From contig NZ_CP121671.1 in assembly GCF_029714185.1 (NCBI RefSeq), positions 556,138-588,137 of the forward strand: a stretch of DNA of 32,000 bases. Reading direction: 5' to 3'. The stretch is from Halobacillus naozhouensis. GTDB lineage: Bacteria; Bacillota; Bacilli; Bacillales; Halobacillaceae. A model generated the notes under the pieces. The model saw nothing but the letters and a program-made list of their open reading frames with translations. It ran no database searches and was not told the origin of the DNA. How positions within the stretch are numbered: position 1 is the first letter of the stretch; each line of letters opens with the position of its first letter. A program made the position numbers and the translations under genes. This document shows, piece by piece, positions 9,341 through 19,716 of the stretch.

Positions 9341-11575
9341 ATGACGCAAGCAATGAATCCTCTCCTTAAAGGATTGAATGAACAGCAACGAAATGCGGTG
9401 ACCCATACCGAGGGACCACTGCTGATTATGGCCGGAGCCGGAAGTGGAAAAACACGAGTCTTAACTCATCGTATCGCTTACTTACTGGGTGAGAAGGAGG
9501 TCGCTCCTCGTAATGTGCTGGCGATTACGTTTACCAATAAAGCAGCACGTGAGATGAAAGAACGTGTCGAGGAATTAGTTGGACCTGAAGGTGAAAAGAT
9601 CTGGATGTCGACATTTCACTCCATGTGTGTGCGGATTCTAAGGAGAGATATTGATCGGATCGGGTATGACCGGAATTTCTCAATTCTCGACTCAAGTGAC
9701 CAGCTCTCCGTGATTAAACAAGTGTTGAAGGAACTGAACCTTGATCCTAAAAAGTGGGTTCCGCGAGCCATGCTTGGAGCGATCAGTAATGCTAAAAATG
9801 AATTACTGACGCCCGAAGAGTACACCCGCGATGCAGCGAGCATCCATGAAGAAAAAATCGCAGAAGTATATAAAGGCTACCAGAAGAAGCTGCGCAAGAA
9901 TCAGTCCCTCGATTTTGATGACTTAATCATGCAGACATTGAACTTATTTGATCGTCTCCCCGAAGTGCTCGAGTATTATCAGCGCCGCTTTCAATATATC
10001 CATGTCGATGAGTATCAGGATACGAACCATGCTCAGTATCAACTTGTTACGCAATTATCCAGCCGCTATCAGAACCTATGTGTAGTTGGGGATTCTGATC
10101 AATCGATTTATCGCTGGCGAGGGGCGGATATTAAAAACATTCTTTCGTTTGAAAAAGATTATCCAAGCGCCCAGACCATTATGCTTGAACAAAATTACCG
10201 CTCCACGGAGCTTATTTTGAATGCAGCCAACAATGTAATCGGCAATAACAGCGGGCGTAAAGCGAAGAATCTCTGGACAGATAATTCTGGCGGGAACAAG
10301 ATTCAGTATCATGAGGCTGGAACGGAGCGCGAGGAAGGATTATTTGTAACCGACAACATTGAAGATCTAGTTCGCAGCGGCCGCTTTCAGTATAAAGATA
10401 TTTCCATCTTGTACCGAACGAATGCTCAGTCCCGTACAATTGAAGAAACCTTCGTTAAAGCAGGAATTCCCTACCAAATGGTCGGCGGTACGAAGTTCTA
10501 TGACCGTAAAGAGATTAAGGACATGCTTGCGTATTTACGATTAATTGCTAACCCGAATGATGATTTGAGCTATCAGCGTGTAGTTAATGAACCGAAGCGG
10601 GGAGTTGGAAAGACTAGTCTTGAGAAGCTGCAGAGATACGCTGCTGATCATGATATTTCTCTTTACGAAGCTTCAGCAGAAATCGACTTTGTAGGCGTTA
10701 GTGCAAAAGCAGCTAAATCGATTATGAACTTCTATTCGATGATTCGAAACTGGACACAGCAACAGGAATTTCTATCAGCGACCGATATGGTACAAGAAGT
10801 GATTGATAAGACAGGCTATGAAGAAATGCTTCGAAATGAAAAAAGCCTTGAAGCTCAAAGCCGTTTAGAGAACATTGAAGAATTTAAATCGGTCACGAAA
10901 AATTTTGAAGAAAATAGTGAAGATAAAACACTTGTAGCTTTCTTGACAGACCTGGCCCTGATTGCTGATATCGATCAAATGAATGAAGACCCGACGAGTG
11001 ATGATACGGTGACTCTCATGACGCTTCACTCTGCGAAAGGGCTGGAATTTCCCGTTGTCTTTCTAATCGGAATGGAGGAGAACGTTTTTCCCCACACCCG
11101 CTCTCTTATGGACGATGAGGAGATGGAAGAAGAACGACGCCTTGCGTATGTAGGAATTACGCGTGCAGAACGTCAGCTGTTTATGACGCATGCTAAGATG
11201 CGCACACTATATGGCAGGACCAACATGAACCCAATCAGTCGTTTTATTAATGAGATACCAGAAGATCTCGTGGATGGAAAAGAAAAACAGGAAGAGTTGC
11301 CCTTTTTCAATAAAAGACGTGAATCAGCAGCTTTTTCTCCCCAGCCTCCTAAGCATGAACCAAAGCGGGCGGCGAAGAAGGTGGAGAAAGGTTCATCAGG
11401 CGGTGAAAAAATTTCCTGGCAGCCAGGGGATAAAGCAAGCCACAAGAAATGGGGCGAAGGAACGGTCGTTAAAGTCCAAGGAGAAGGTGACGCCATGGAG
11501 CTTGATATTGCTTTTCCGGCTCCAACGGGGATCAAACGTCTCCTGGCTCGATTTGCACCGATAACGAAATCGTAA
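9341..11575 (+). CDS. pcrA: ATP-dependent DNA helicase PcrA (UvrD/Rep superfamily 1)
   Basis: The 744 aa product has Walker A (AGAGSGKT), DEYQDTN, and the SF1 helicase motifs [14 protein letters not shown] and VGITRA. A C-terminal Tudor-like tail is present (WGEGTVV), and the context is pcrB-pcrA-ligA. Confidence 0.96.
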   Translation: MTQAMNPLLKGLNEQQRNAVTHTEGPLLIMAGAGSGKTRVLTHRIAYLLGEKEVAPRNVLAITFTNKAAREMKERVEELVGPEGEKIWMSTFHSMCVRILRRDIDRIGYDRNFSILDSSDQLSVIKQVLKELNLDPKKWVPRAMLGAISNAKNELLTPEEYTRDAASIHEEKIAEVYKGYQKKLRKNQSLDFDDLIMQTLNLFDRLPEVLEYYQRRFQYIHVDEYQDTNHAQYQLVTQLSSRYQNLCVVGDSDQSIYRWRGADIKNILSFEKDYPSAQTIMLEQNYRSTELILNAANNVIGNNSGRKAKNLWTDNSGGNKIQYHEAGTEREEGLFVTDNIEDLVRSGRFQYKDISILYRTNAQSRTIEETFVKAGIPYQMVGGTKFYDRKEIKDMLAYLRLIANPNDDLSYQRVVNEPKRGVGKTSLEKLQRYAADHDISLYEASAEIDFVGVSAKAAKSIMNFYSMIRNWTQQQEFLSATDMVQEVIDKTGYEEMLRNEKSLEAQSRLENIEEFKSVTKNFEENSEDKTLVAFLTDLALIADIDQMNEDPTSDDTVTLMTLHSAKGLEFPVVFLIGMEENVFPHTRSLMDDEEMEEERRLAYVGITRAERQLFMTHAKMRTLYGRTNMNPISRFINEIPEDLVDGKEKQEELPFFNKRRESAAFSPQPPKHEPKRAAKKVEKGSSGGEKISWQPGDKASHKKWGEGTVVKVQGEGDAMELDIAFPAPTGIKRLLARFAPITKS

Positions 11576-13591
<2,016 letters not shown>

Positions 13592-13663
13592 GAAGGGCGT
13601 TCAAAAAATGGCTATCGATTGTTCGGTGATTTTTTGGGCAGCTCCTAATAGGGAGTGGAATAA

Positions 13664-14809
13664 ATGAGGAAGCTGCACCTGCTTTTACTTAGTAGCTTGC
13701 TTCTTGTAAGCGCATGTACACCCGTTTACGATAATACGGATGAAGTGGTTCGTGAAACGGGAAGTGATAATAATAACCAGTCAGCCATCATACCAAACTA
13801 TAGTCTTTCCGATCAAACTTATCGGATGATTTTGACAGAAGACAGTGCGAAAGTTTCTTCTGCCCCTGGTGTAACGACCAACCAGATGGATAATCGCTTA
13901 GATATTGCGGCGTTTGAAAATGGCCTGCGTCGCCATTCTAAAGAATATTTCAGTCCGAAGAAATATTACTTTCAGCCTGGCCAGACCTTAACGGATTCCG
14001 ATTTGTTAAACTGGCTTTCGCGTAAATCGGAGGACAATCCTAAGGGGCTGAATCCTGTGTTGGATGAGGATAAAGCGTCTGAAAAAGATTTCCGCAGCAA
14101 ACCTCGCTACATTTCAAATATTATCGAACAAGATTATCTTGTTCGAAAGGAAGATAATGTGGTCGAAGTAGCAGGAGTTACCATTGGAATATCTATGCGA
14201 TCAGTGTACAACTTTACTGCGGATGGGCGGGAGTACTCCGAAAATTTATCGACTGAAAAAGTATTAGCAAAAGGGAAAGAATATGCCAATACTATTCTGA
14301 AACGACTTCGTGAAAAAGAGACGCTTCAAGGGGTTCCTATCGTATTTGCGATTTTTGAAGAAGAGCGCGACAACGCAAAAACTGCCGGGAATTTCTTAAG
14401 CAAGACCTACGTGGAAGCCTCTGAAAATTCGATAGGTGATTGGAAGTCAATCCAAGAAAATTATGTTCTCTTTCCTTCAGATGAAGCTGAAGAGAACTAC
14501 TTTGATCATGCCAAGCTATTTTCTGATTTCCGCGTTCAGGTTTCGGATTACTTCCCGAATTTCGTAGGTATGATTGCAAATGGATTTTATATTGATCAAG
14601 AGCTTAAAAAGGTAGAGATTGATATTCCGATTCAATTCCGTTCACAGTCAGAAGTCGTCGGTTTTACTCAATATATCTATAGTCTCGTTATGGAAATGTT
14701 TGAGGATCACTATGCTGTCCAAGTAAGAATTAAGAGTATGGATCAACAGGAAAGCCTCATCGTTAAAGAGCCAGGTAACGAGAAACCGTATATTTATATT
14801 TATGATTAA
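13664..14809 (+). CDS. camS: CamS family sex-pheromone-precursor lipoprotein (YerH-like)
   Basis: The lipoprotein signal peptide is MRKLHLLLLSSLLLVSAC. The ~381 aa gene sits right after ligA, as yerH does in B. subtilis. An AGGGAG RBS precedes the start. Confidence 0.8.
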   Translation: MRKLHLLLLSSLLLVSACTPVYDNTDEVVRETGSDNNNQSAIIPNYSLSDQTYRMILTEDSAKVSSAPGVTTNQMDNRLDIAAFENGLRRHSKEYFSPKKYYFQPGQTLTDSDLLNWLSRKSEDNPKGLNPVLDEDKASEKDFRSKPRYISNIIEQDYLVRKEDNVVEVAGVTIGISMRSVYNFTADGREYSENLSTEKVLAKGKEYANTILKRLREKETLQGVPIVFAIFEEERDNAKTAGNFLSKTYVEASENSIGDWKSIQENYVLFPSDEAEENYFDHAKLFSDFRVQVSDYFPNFVGMIANGFYIDQELKKVEIDIPIQFRSQSEVVGFTQYIYSLVMEMFEDHYAVQVRIKSMDQQESLIVKEPGNEKPYIYIYD

Positions 14810-14904
14810 CTTGCAAATCCCCGATGTATCGCGGCTTTCAGCTTGGAGAGAAGCCTCGTATTTTTCTTTATAAGCTTATATAGTGCTAGGCACGGGTGAT
14901 AAAA

Positions 14905-14950
14905 GCTAATCCTCTCTTATTTCTGAACGAAGAGAGGATTAGCCTTTTTT
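14905..14950 (+). terminator. rho-independent terminator after camS
   Basis: A 14-bp perfect stem pairs GCTAATCCTCTCTT (14905-14918) with AAGAGAGGATTAGC (14930-14943), followed by CTTTTTT. Confidence 0.9.
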
Positions 14951-15050
14951 AGTTCATTTTATCGATCTCTTCTGATTGAAACAAAAGGTTTTTTTATAAA
15001 TCATAATTGTTTTTAAAAAGACAAATTAAGCAGATGAGAGCCGTTGATAC

Positions 15051-15170
15051 ACACGAAGACTCCTACGGTAAAAGCGAGACGAGAGAGACCCCGCAGAACG
15101 AAACGATAGTGGAGTTAAAGGAGGCTCACTGGCTGCCCGTGGAAAGCGAAGTGTGTATCACCGGCTGACC
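15051..15170 (+). repeat. intergenic repeat element, copy A (+ orientation)
   Basis: Conserved blocks ACACGAAGACTCCTAC (15051-15066) and AGGAGGCTCACTGGCTGCCCGTGGAAAGCGAAGTGT (15119-15154) recur in reverse complement at 17080-17182. The ends GATACACAC and GTGTGTATC can pair with each other. Confidence 0.8.
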
Positions 15171-15372
15171 CAGATAGCAACAATCTAAAATCTTTGCCTC
15201 TAGAAGGCTATATCTCTAGGATAACAATAAAAAAAACTGAATTTCAGAAAACACCAAAATGCCGAAATCGTTCAATTCAGCATGTCTATAATCATAATCC
15301 GGTTAAGAAGATAAAATAAATTTGGAAAGGATATAGTTTGAAGTAGGTAAGGAGTTACGATAAAATAATTTG

Positions 15373-15386
15373 TGGAAGCGCTTAAA
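15373..15386 (+). promoter_or_regulatory. imperfect cre-like (CcpA) box upstream of the P5C dehydrogenase gene
   Basis: TGGAAGCGCTTAAA matches the idealised cre TGTAAGCGCTTACA at 12 of 14 positions. One mismatch falls at the normally conserved C of the right half-site. It lies ~70 nt upstream of the start codon. Confidence 0.3.
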
Positions 15387-15452
15387 TTGGTAATTTTCAC
15401 ACAATTTACAAAGCTTCAAACCCCATAACTCACTACAGGAGGTTGTTTTAGC

Positions 15453-17003
15453 ATGGTCGTACCATACAAACATGAACCATTTACTGATTTTAGCTTGGAT
15501 GAGAATCGCAGAGCGCTAGAGGCTGAGATTAAAAATGTTGAAGCTGATCTAGGCAATGATTACCCTCTTATTATTGGCGGAGAACGCATTATGACAGACA
15601 ACAAGATTGAAGTTGTCAATCCCGCTAATAAGAAAGAAGTTATTGGTTATGTTTCAAAAGCGAACCAGGATCTCGCTGAAAAAGCCCACAAAATTGCAGA
15701 CGAAACTTTCCAGTGGTGGCGCAAGACAAAGGCGCAATTCCGTGCTGATATCTTATTTCGTGCAGCGTCCATTATTCGGCGTCGCAAGCATGAATTTACC
15801 GCCCATCTTGTAAAAGAAGGTGGAAAGCCATGGAAGGAAGCGGATGCTGATACAGCGGAAGCGATCGACTTCATGGAGTATTATGGACGTCAAATGCTTG
15901 AAATCGATAAAGGGGTAGAGGTAAACTCCCGCCCTATTGAAAACAACCGTTTCCACTACATTTCCCTTGGAGTCGGAGTTGTGATTTCCCCGTGGAACTT
16001 CCTGTTTGCTATTATGGCAGGTACTACAGTGGCTTCAATGGTTTCTGGAAACACGGTATTGCTTAAACCAGCAAGCTCGACTCCTATTATTGCTTATAAA
16101 ATGATGGAAGTGCTTGAAGAAGCAGGTCTGCCGGCTGGAGTTATTAACTATATTCCTGGCAGCGGAAAAGAAGTTGGGGATTATCTCGTTGATCATCCGC
16201 GCACACGCTTTGTCAGCTTTACAGGCTCGCGCGAAGTTGGGACAAGAATTTTTGAACGGGCTGCCAAAGTACAGCCAGGTCAAAAGTGGCTGAAGCGTAC
16301 GATTATCGAAATGGGTGGGAAAGATACTATTGTCGTAGACAAGGAGTCAGATTTAGAGCTGGCTGCAGATGCGATTACGTATTCTGCTTTTGGATTCTCC
16401 GGACAGAAATGCTCGGCCTGCTCACGAGTAGTGGCTCACGAAGACATCTATGACGAACTTTTAGATAAAGTGGTAAGTAAGACGAAAGAATCGGTCTCTT
16501 ACGGCGATCCGGCAGCACACGACACTTATATGGGGCCGGTTATTGACCAGGCTGCCTACGATAAGATTTTAAGCTACATTGATATTGGGAAAGAAGAAGG
16601 AAAGCTGCTGGCAGGAGGTAAAGGAAATGACAGTAAAGGCTGGTTTATCGAGCCGACTGTTTTTGCCGACCTGAAACCAGATGCAAGAATTATGCAGGAA
16701 GAAATATTTGGTCCCGTCGTTGGCTTTACAAAAGCGAAGTCCTTCGACGAAGCGATCGACATAGCAAACAATACAGATTACGGTCTGACTGGTGCAGTTA
16801 TCTCGAACAATCGCTCACACATTGAACAAGCTCGTGAAGACTTCCAAGTTGGTAACTTGTATTTTAACCGCGGCTGTACAGCAGCAATCGTCGGGTATCA
16901 TCCGTTTGGAGGATTCAACATGTCGGGTACGGACTCAAAAGCTGGCGGACCAGATTATTTGATTCATCACATGCAAGGTAAGACAACTTCCGAAATGCTG
17001 TAA
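15453..17003 (+). CDS. pruA: L-glutamate gamma-semialdehyde (1-pyrroline-5-carboxylate) dehydrogenase (RocA/PutC type)
   Basis: The 516 aa product begins [10 protein letters not shown] and has [20 protein letters not shown], the catalytic Cys in [10 protein letters not shown], and [35 protein letters not shown]. It looks nearly colinear with my recollection of B. subtilis RocA. An AGGAGG RBS precedes the start. Confidence 0.93.
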   Translation: MVVPYKHEPFTDFSLDENRRALEAEIKNVEADLGNDYPLIIGGERIMTDNKIEVVNPANKKEVIGYVSKANQDLAEKAHKIADETFQWWRKTKAQFRADILFRAASIIRRRKHEFTAHLVKEGGKPWKEADADTAEAIDFMEYYGRQMLEIDKGVEVNSRPIENNRFHYISLGVGVVISPWNFLFAIMAGTTVASMVSGNTVLLKPASSTPIIAYKMMEVLEEAGLPAGVINYIPGSGKEVGDYLVDHPRTRFVSFTGSREVGTRIFERAAKVQPGQKWLKRTIIEMGGKDTIVVDKESDLELAADAITYSAFGFSGQKCSACSRVVAHEDIYDELLDKVVSKTKESVSYGDPAAHDTYMGPVIDQAAYDKILSYIDIGKEEGKLLAGGKGNDSKGWFIEPTVFADLKPDARIMQEEIFGPVVGFTKAKSFDEAIDIANNTDYGLTGAVISNNRSHIEQAREDFQVGNLYFNRGCTAAIVGYHPFGGFNMSGTDSKAGGPDYLIHHMQGKTTSEML

Positions 17004-17017
17004 TAATATGAGTAAAA

Positions 17018-17058
17018 GAACCTCTTTCCGTATACTGACGGAAAGAGGTTCTTTTGAA
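17018..17058 (+). terminator. rho-independent terminator after pruA
   Basis: GAACCTCTTTCCG (17018-17030) pairs with CGGAAAGAGGTTC (17039-17051), followed by TTTT. Confidence 0.9.
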
Positions 17059-17063
17059 TGCCT

Positions 17064-17182
17064 AACCCGCGGTTGACCTACACTTCGCTTACCACGGGCA
17101 ACCGGTGAGCCTCCTGCACCGTCACTTCGTTTCCGCCCTGGGGGCATCCCTTTGGCCGCTGTTTCTGTAGGAGTCTCCGTGT
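17064..17182 (-). repeat. intergenic repeat element, copy B (inverted relative to copy A)
   Basis: The reverse complement of 17080-17115 matches 15119-15154 at 33 of 36 positions by my count. The reverse complement of 17167-17182 matches 15051-15066 at 15 of 16. The central ~50 nt are divergent but differ in length by only 1 nt. Confidence 0.8.
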
Positions 17183-17206
17183 TTAACAAATGATTAGAAG
17201 AGGTAT
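17181..17206 (+). promoter_or_regulatory. SigB-like promoter candidate (GTTTAA-N14-AGGTAT)
   Basis: GTTTAA (17181-17186), a 14-nt spacer and AGGTAT (17201-17206) compare with the consensus GTTTAA-N12-15-GGGTAT. It sits ~345 nt upstream of the sORF-putP unit, which is far. Confidence 0.25.
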
Positions 17207-17419
17207 CATTTTGGGGAGGTATATCCCTATTAATTTTAAACCCCATTGCCGCTTCGGAATTAGAGTTTTGAAATTGGTTCACATAAGGGAAATTTAGATG
17301 TTTTATGTAATCTTTTTTTATGAGATTTGATGTATAGATATTGTTTATAAGTGTCGAATGCCCGTATACAATCAATAGATTTGCATAATAATACAAAATA
17401 GGCTAAATAGACTAACTTT

Positions 17420-17448
17420 TTGCAATGTTCCTATTAATGTACTATGAT
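17420..17448 (+). promoter_or_regulatory. SigA-type promoter candidate for the sORF-putP unit
   Basis: TTGCAA (17420-17425), a 17-nt spacer and TATGAT (17443-17448). It lies ~100 nt upstream of the small ORF start. Confidence 0.5.
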
Positions 17449-17549
17449 ATAGTTGCACATATGTTTGGAATTTTCTACTTCTATGACTTTAGAATCAGAT
17501 GTGCTTTTTGCATAGAAGTGCATAAAATGTGTGAAGTGGAGGTGAGATC

Positions 17550-17678
17550 GTGGTTGAACTATTATCAATTGCAGCTCAATATTCTATTGCCGGACCAACG
17601 TGGTTTTGGTTATTCGTACCAATGCCAATCTTAATTATTCTATCAATTATTACACTATTTACTAAAAGGAGCGAATAA
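17550..17678 (+). CDS. small hydrophobic protein (42 aa) immediately upstream of putP; not in the ORF track
   Basis: GGAGG (17538-17542), 7 nt, then GTG 17550. The translation is MVELLSIAAQYSIAGPTWFWLFVPMPILIILSIITLFTKRSE. The stop at 17676-17678 is 6 nt before the putP ATG. A paralogous ORF has identical architecture at 26259-26366 (-). Confidence 0.6.
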   Translation: MVELLSIAAQYSIAGPTWFWLFVPMPILIILSIITLFTKRSE

Positions 17679-17684
17679 TAAAAC

Positions 17685-19196
17685 ATGGATATACCAACGT
17701 TAATTACGTTTATTGTTTACTTAGTCGGTATGCTTTTAATTGGATTTGCTGCATATCGTTTAACAAGTGATTTATCAGATTACGTATTAGGTGGACGTCG
17801 ATTAGGCCCGGGAGTAGCCGCACTTAGTGCAGGCGCATCAGACATGAGTGGCTGGCTATTATTAGGACTGCCTGGTGCTGTTTATGCTTCTGGTTTGTCT
17901 GGAGCTTGGATCGGGGTAGGACTTGCTATTGGTGCCTACTTAAACTGGCAGTTTGTGGCACGTCGTCTGCGTATTTATACTGAGGTCGCAAAAGATTCTA
18001 TAACGATTCCGGATTATTTGGAAAATCGTTTCCACGACAGTTCTCATTTATTACGTGTTATTTCTGCATTTGTCATCCTGTTATTCTTTACCTTCTATAC
18101 TTCCTCTGGTATGGTGGCCGGTGCAAAATTGTTTCAGGCCTCATTTGAAATAAGTTATACACAGGCTTTATGGATTGGTGCAATTGTCACCATTTCTTAT
18201 ACCTTCTTAGGTGGGTTCCTGGCTGTTAGTTGGACAGACTTTGTACAAGGGATTCTAATGTTCTTGGCACTTATTGCAGTTCCAATTGTGGCCATTCAGC
18301 AACTTGGTGGCTGGAGTTCTGCAGTGGACGCTGTAGGAAATATAGATCCGACACATTTAAACATGGTTCAAGGAGTTGGAGCCTTAACAATCATATCCTC
18401 ACTTGCCTGGGGGCTCGGATATTTCGGTCAGCCGCATATCCTTGTACGTTTTATGGCGCTTCGTTCAGCTAAAGATGTGCCGAAAGCCCGCTTTATTGGA
18501 ATGGGCTGGATGATTATTGGCCTTTATGGAGCGATCTTTACTGGTTTGTTCGGACTTGCCTTTATTAATACACAAGACCTTGCAGGTTTAGCAGGATTTG
18601 GAGTAGAAGTCGTATCCCAAGACGGTATGCGGATGCTTGCAGACCCTGAAAAAATCTTTATTACATTTTCCCAGATTCTGTTCCACCCTGTGATTGCAGG
18701 TATTCTATTAGCAGCGATCCTTTCTGCGATTATGAGTACCATTGACTCCCAATTGCTTGTATCTTCTTCTGCATTAGCAGAGGACTTCTACAAAGCGATC
18801 TTCCGTAAGAATGCCTCTGAGCGTGAATTGGTTTGGGTTGGGCGTGTGGCTGTTGCTACTATCGCTCTAATCGCGATCTTAATTGCCGGAAATCCGGGTA
18901 GTTCTGTACTTCAACTAGTATCTTATGCTTGGGCAGGATTTGGTGCTGCATTTGGACCACTGATCATTTTATCCCTGTTTTGGAAAGGAATTACTCGTAA
19001 TGGTGCGCTAGCTGGTATGATCGTTGGTGCGGTTACAGTAGTTGTTTGGGGAGACTTCTTAAGTGGTGGAATCTTTGATCTTTATGAGCTTGTACCAGGA
19101 TTCCTGTTTAGTTTGATTGTATCTGTACTAGTAAGCTTGGCTGGTACGCCTTCTAAGGAAATAATTGCAGAATTCGAAGAAGCAGAACGTCGCTAA
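17685..19196 (+). CDS. putP: sodium/proline symporter (SSS family; at the opuE-syntenic position)
   Basis: The 503 aa polytopic membrane protein has LSDYVLGGRRLGPGVAALSAGASDMSGWLLLGLPGAVY and GYFGQPHILVRFMA, both typical of PutP/OpuE. It sits directly upstream of gatCAB, as opuE does in B. subtilis. Confidence 0.93.
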   Translation: MDIPTLITFIVYLVGMLLIGFAAYRLTSDLSDYVLGGRRLGPGVAALSAGASDMSGWLLLGLPGAVYASGLSGAWIGVGLAIGAYLNWQFVARRLRIYTEVAKDSITIPDYLENRFHDSSHLLRVISAFVILLFFTFYTSSGMVAGAKLFQASFEISYTQALWIGAIVTISYTFLGGFLAVSWTDFVQGILMFLALIAVPIVAIQQLGGWSSAVDAVGNIDPTHLNMVQGVGALTIISSLAWGLGYFGQPHILVRFMALRSAKDVPKARFIGMGWMIIGLYGAIFTGLFGLAFINTQDLAGLAGFGVEVVSQDGMRMLADPEKIFITFSQILFHPVIAGILLAAILSAIMSTIDSQLLVSSSALAEDFYKAIFRKNASERELVWVGRVAVATIALIAILIAGNPGSSVLQLVSYAWAGFGAAFGPLIILSLFWKGITRNGALAGMIVGAVTVVVWGDFLSGGIFDLYELVPGFLFSLIVSVLVSLAGTPSKEIIAEFEEAERR

Positions 19197-19208
19197 GACA
19201 GGATAGGA

Positions 19209-19244
19209 AGAGCTCTCGGCTATTTGCCTGGGGCTCTTTTTTTT
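19209..19244 (+). terminator. rho-independent terminator after putP
   Basis: An imperfect GC-rich hairpin pairs AGAGCTCTCGGC with GCCTGGGGCTCT, with two bulges, followed by a T8 run. Confidence 0.7.
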
Positions 19245-19345
19245 GAAAAATACTATTTCCCCATATGTCACGTTTTCCTTTTTTTATAGGGTAAAACAAT
19301 CAGCATTGATTTATGTTAAAATAGGAAAAGTGAAAACTGGTCTGT

Positions 19346-19375
19346 TTGCATACTAAATTAGCTTTTTGGTATGAT
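19346..19375 (+). promoter_or_regulatory. SigA-type promoter candidate for gatCAB
   Basis: TTGCAT (19346-19351), an 18-nt spacer and an extended -10 TGgTATGAT (19367-19375). It lies ~35 nt upstream of the gatC ATG. Confidence 0.5.
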
Positions 19376-19410
19376 CATATATTATGTGTGTTCGAATGGA
19401 GGTAACAGAA

Positions 19411-19701
19411 ATGTCCCGTATTAGCAAAGATGAAGTAAAACATGTGGCGCATTTAGCGCGTCTCTCCATTAATGAAGAAGAGGCGGATATGTTTACGAAA
19501 CAGCTTGACGACATTATTATGTATGCCGAGCAATTGAATGAATTGGATACAGATGGAGTCGAGCCGACAACTCACGTCCTTGATTTACAAAATGTGATGC
19601 GTAAAGATGAGCCAAAGAAATGGATTACTAAAGAAGAAGCACTAAAAAATGCACCGGATAAACAAGATGGGCAATTTAAAGTACCATCAATTTTAGAATA
19701 G
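19411..19701 (+). CDS. gatC: Asp-tRNA(Asn)/Glu-tRNA(Gln) amidotransferase subunit C
   Basis: The ORF track starts at 19384, but ATG 19411 after GGAGG (19398-19402) gives 96 aa starting [18 protein letters not shown]. This matches my recollection of the B. subtilis GatC N-terminus and length. Confidence 0.92.
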   Translation: MSRISKDEVKHVAHLARLSINEEEADMFTKQLDDIIMYAEQLNELDTDGVEPTTHVLDLQNVMRKDEPKKWITKEEALKNAPDKQDGQFKVPSILE

Positions 19702-19716
19702 GAGGGGGTGTAAGTT

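Noticed and set aside
8792-9406. A 204-aa ORF on the minus strand, plus a 93-aa ORF at 8913-9194.
   Set aside because: It is entirely antisense to pcrB and to the pcrA start. It has no RBS and an unnatural composition (rich in F, K, H and C). pcrB and pcrA on the + strand have strong homology-type motifs. This is a typical shadow ORF.
17332-17359. Motifs TGTATAGATA and TGTCGAA (Spo0A-box-like) shared by the upstream regions of both putP units; the other copies are at 26611-26620 and 26641-26647 on the minus strand.
   Set aside because: Order and spacing of the motifs differ between the two regions. A rough estimate suggests an 11-of-12 match between two ~300-nt AT-rich regions is expected by chance, and a 7-mer is expected a few times in 32 kb.
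16935-17396. A 153-aa minus-strand ORF downstream of pruA.
   Set aside because: It overlaps the pruA 3' end and terminator and reads straight through repeat copy B (...GGSPVARGKRSVGQPRV...). It looks like a repeat-derived spurious frame and has no RBS.
17425-17634. A 69-aa + strand ORF in the putP leader.
   Set aside because: It starts within the putative promoter (-35/-10 at 17420-17448) and has no RBS. It overlaps, in another frame, the 42-codon ORF that has an RBS and a conserved paralog.
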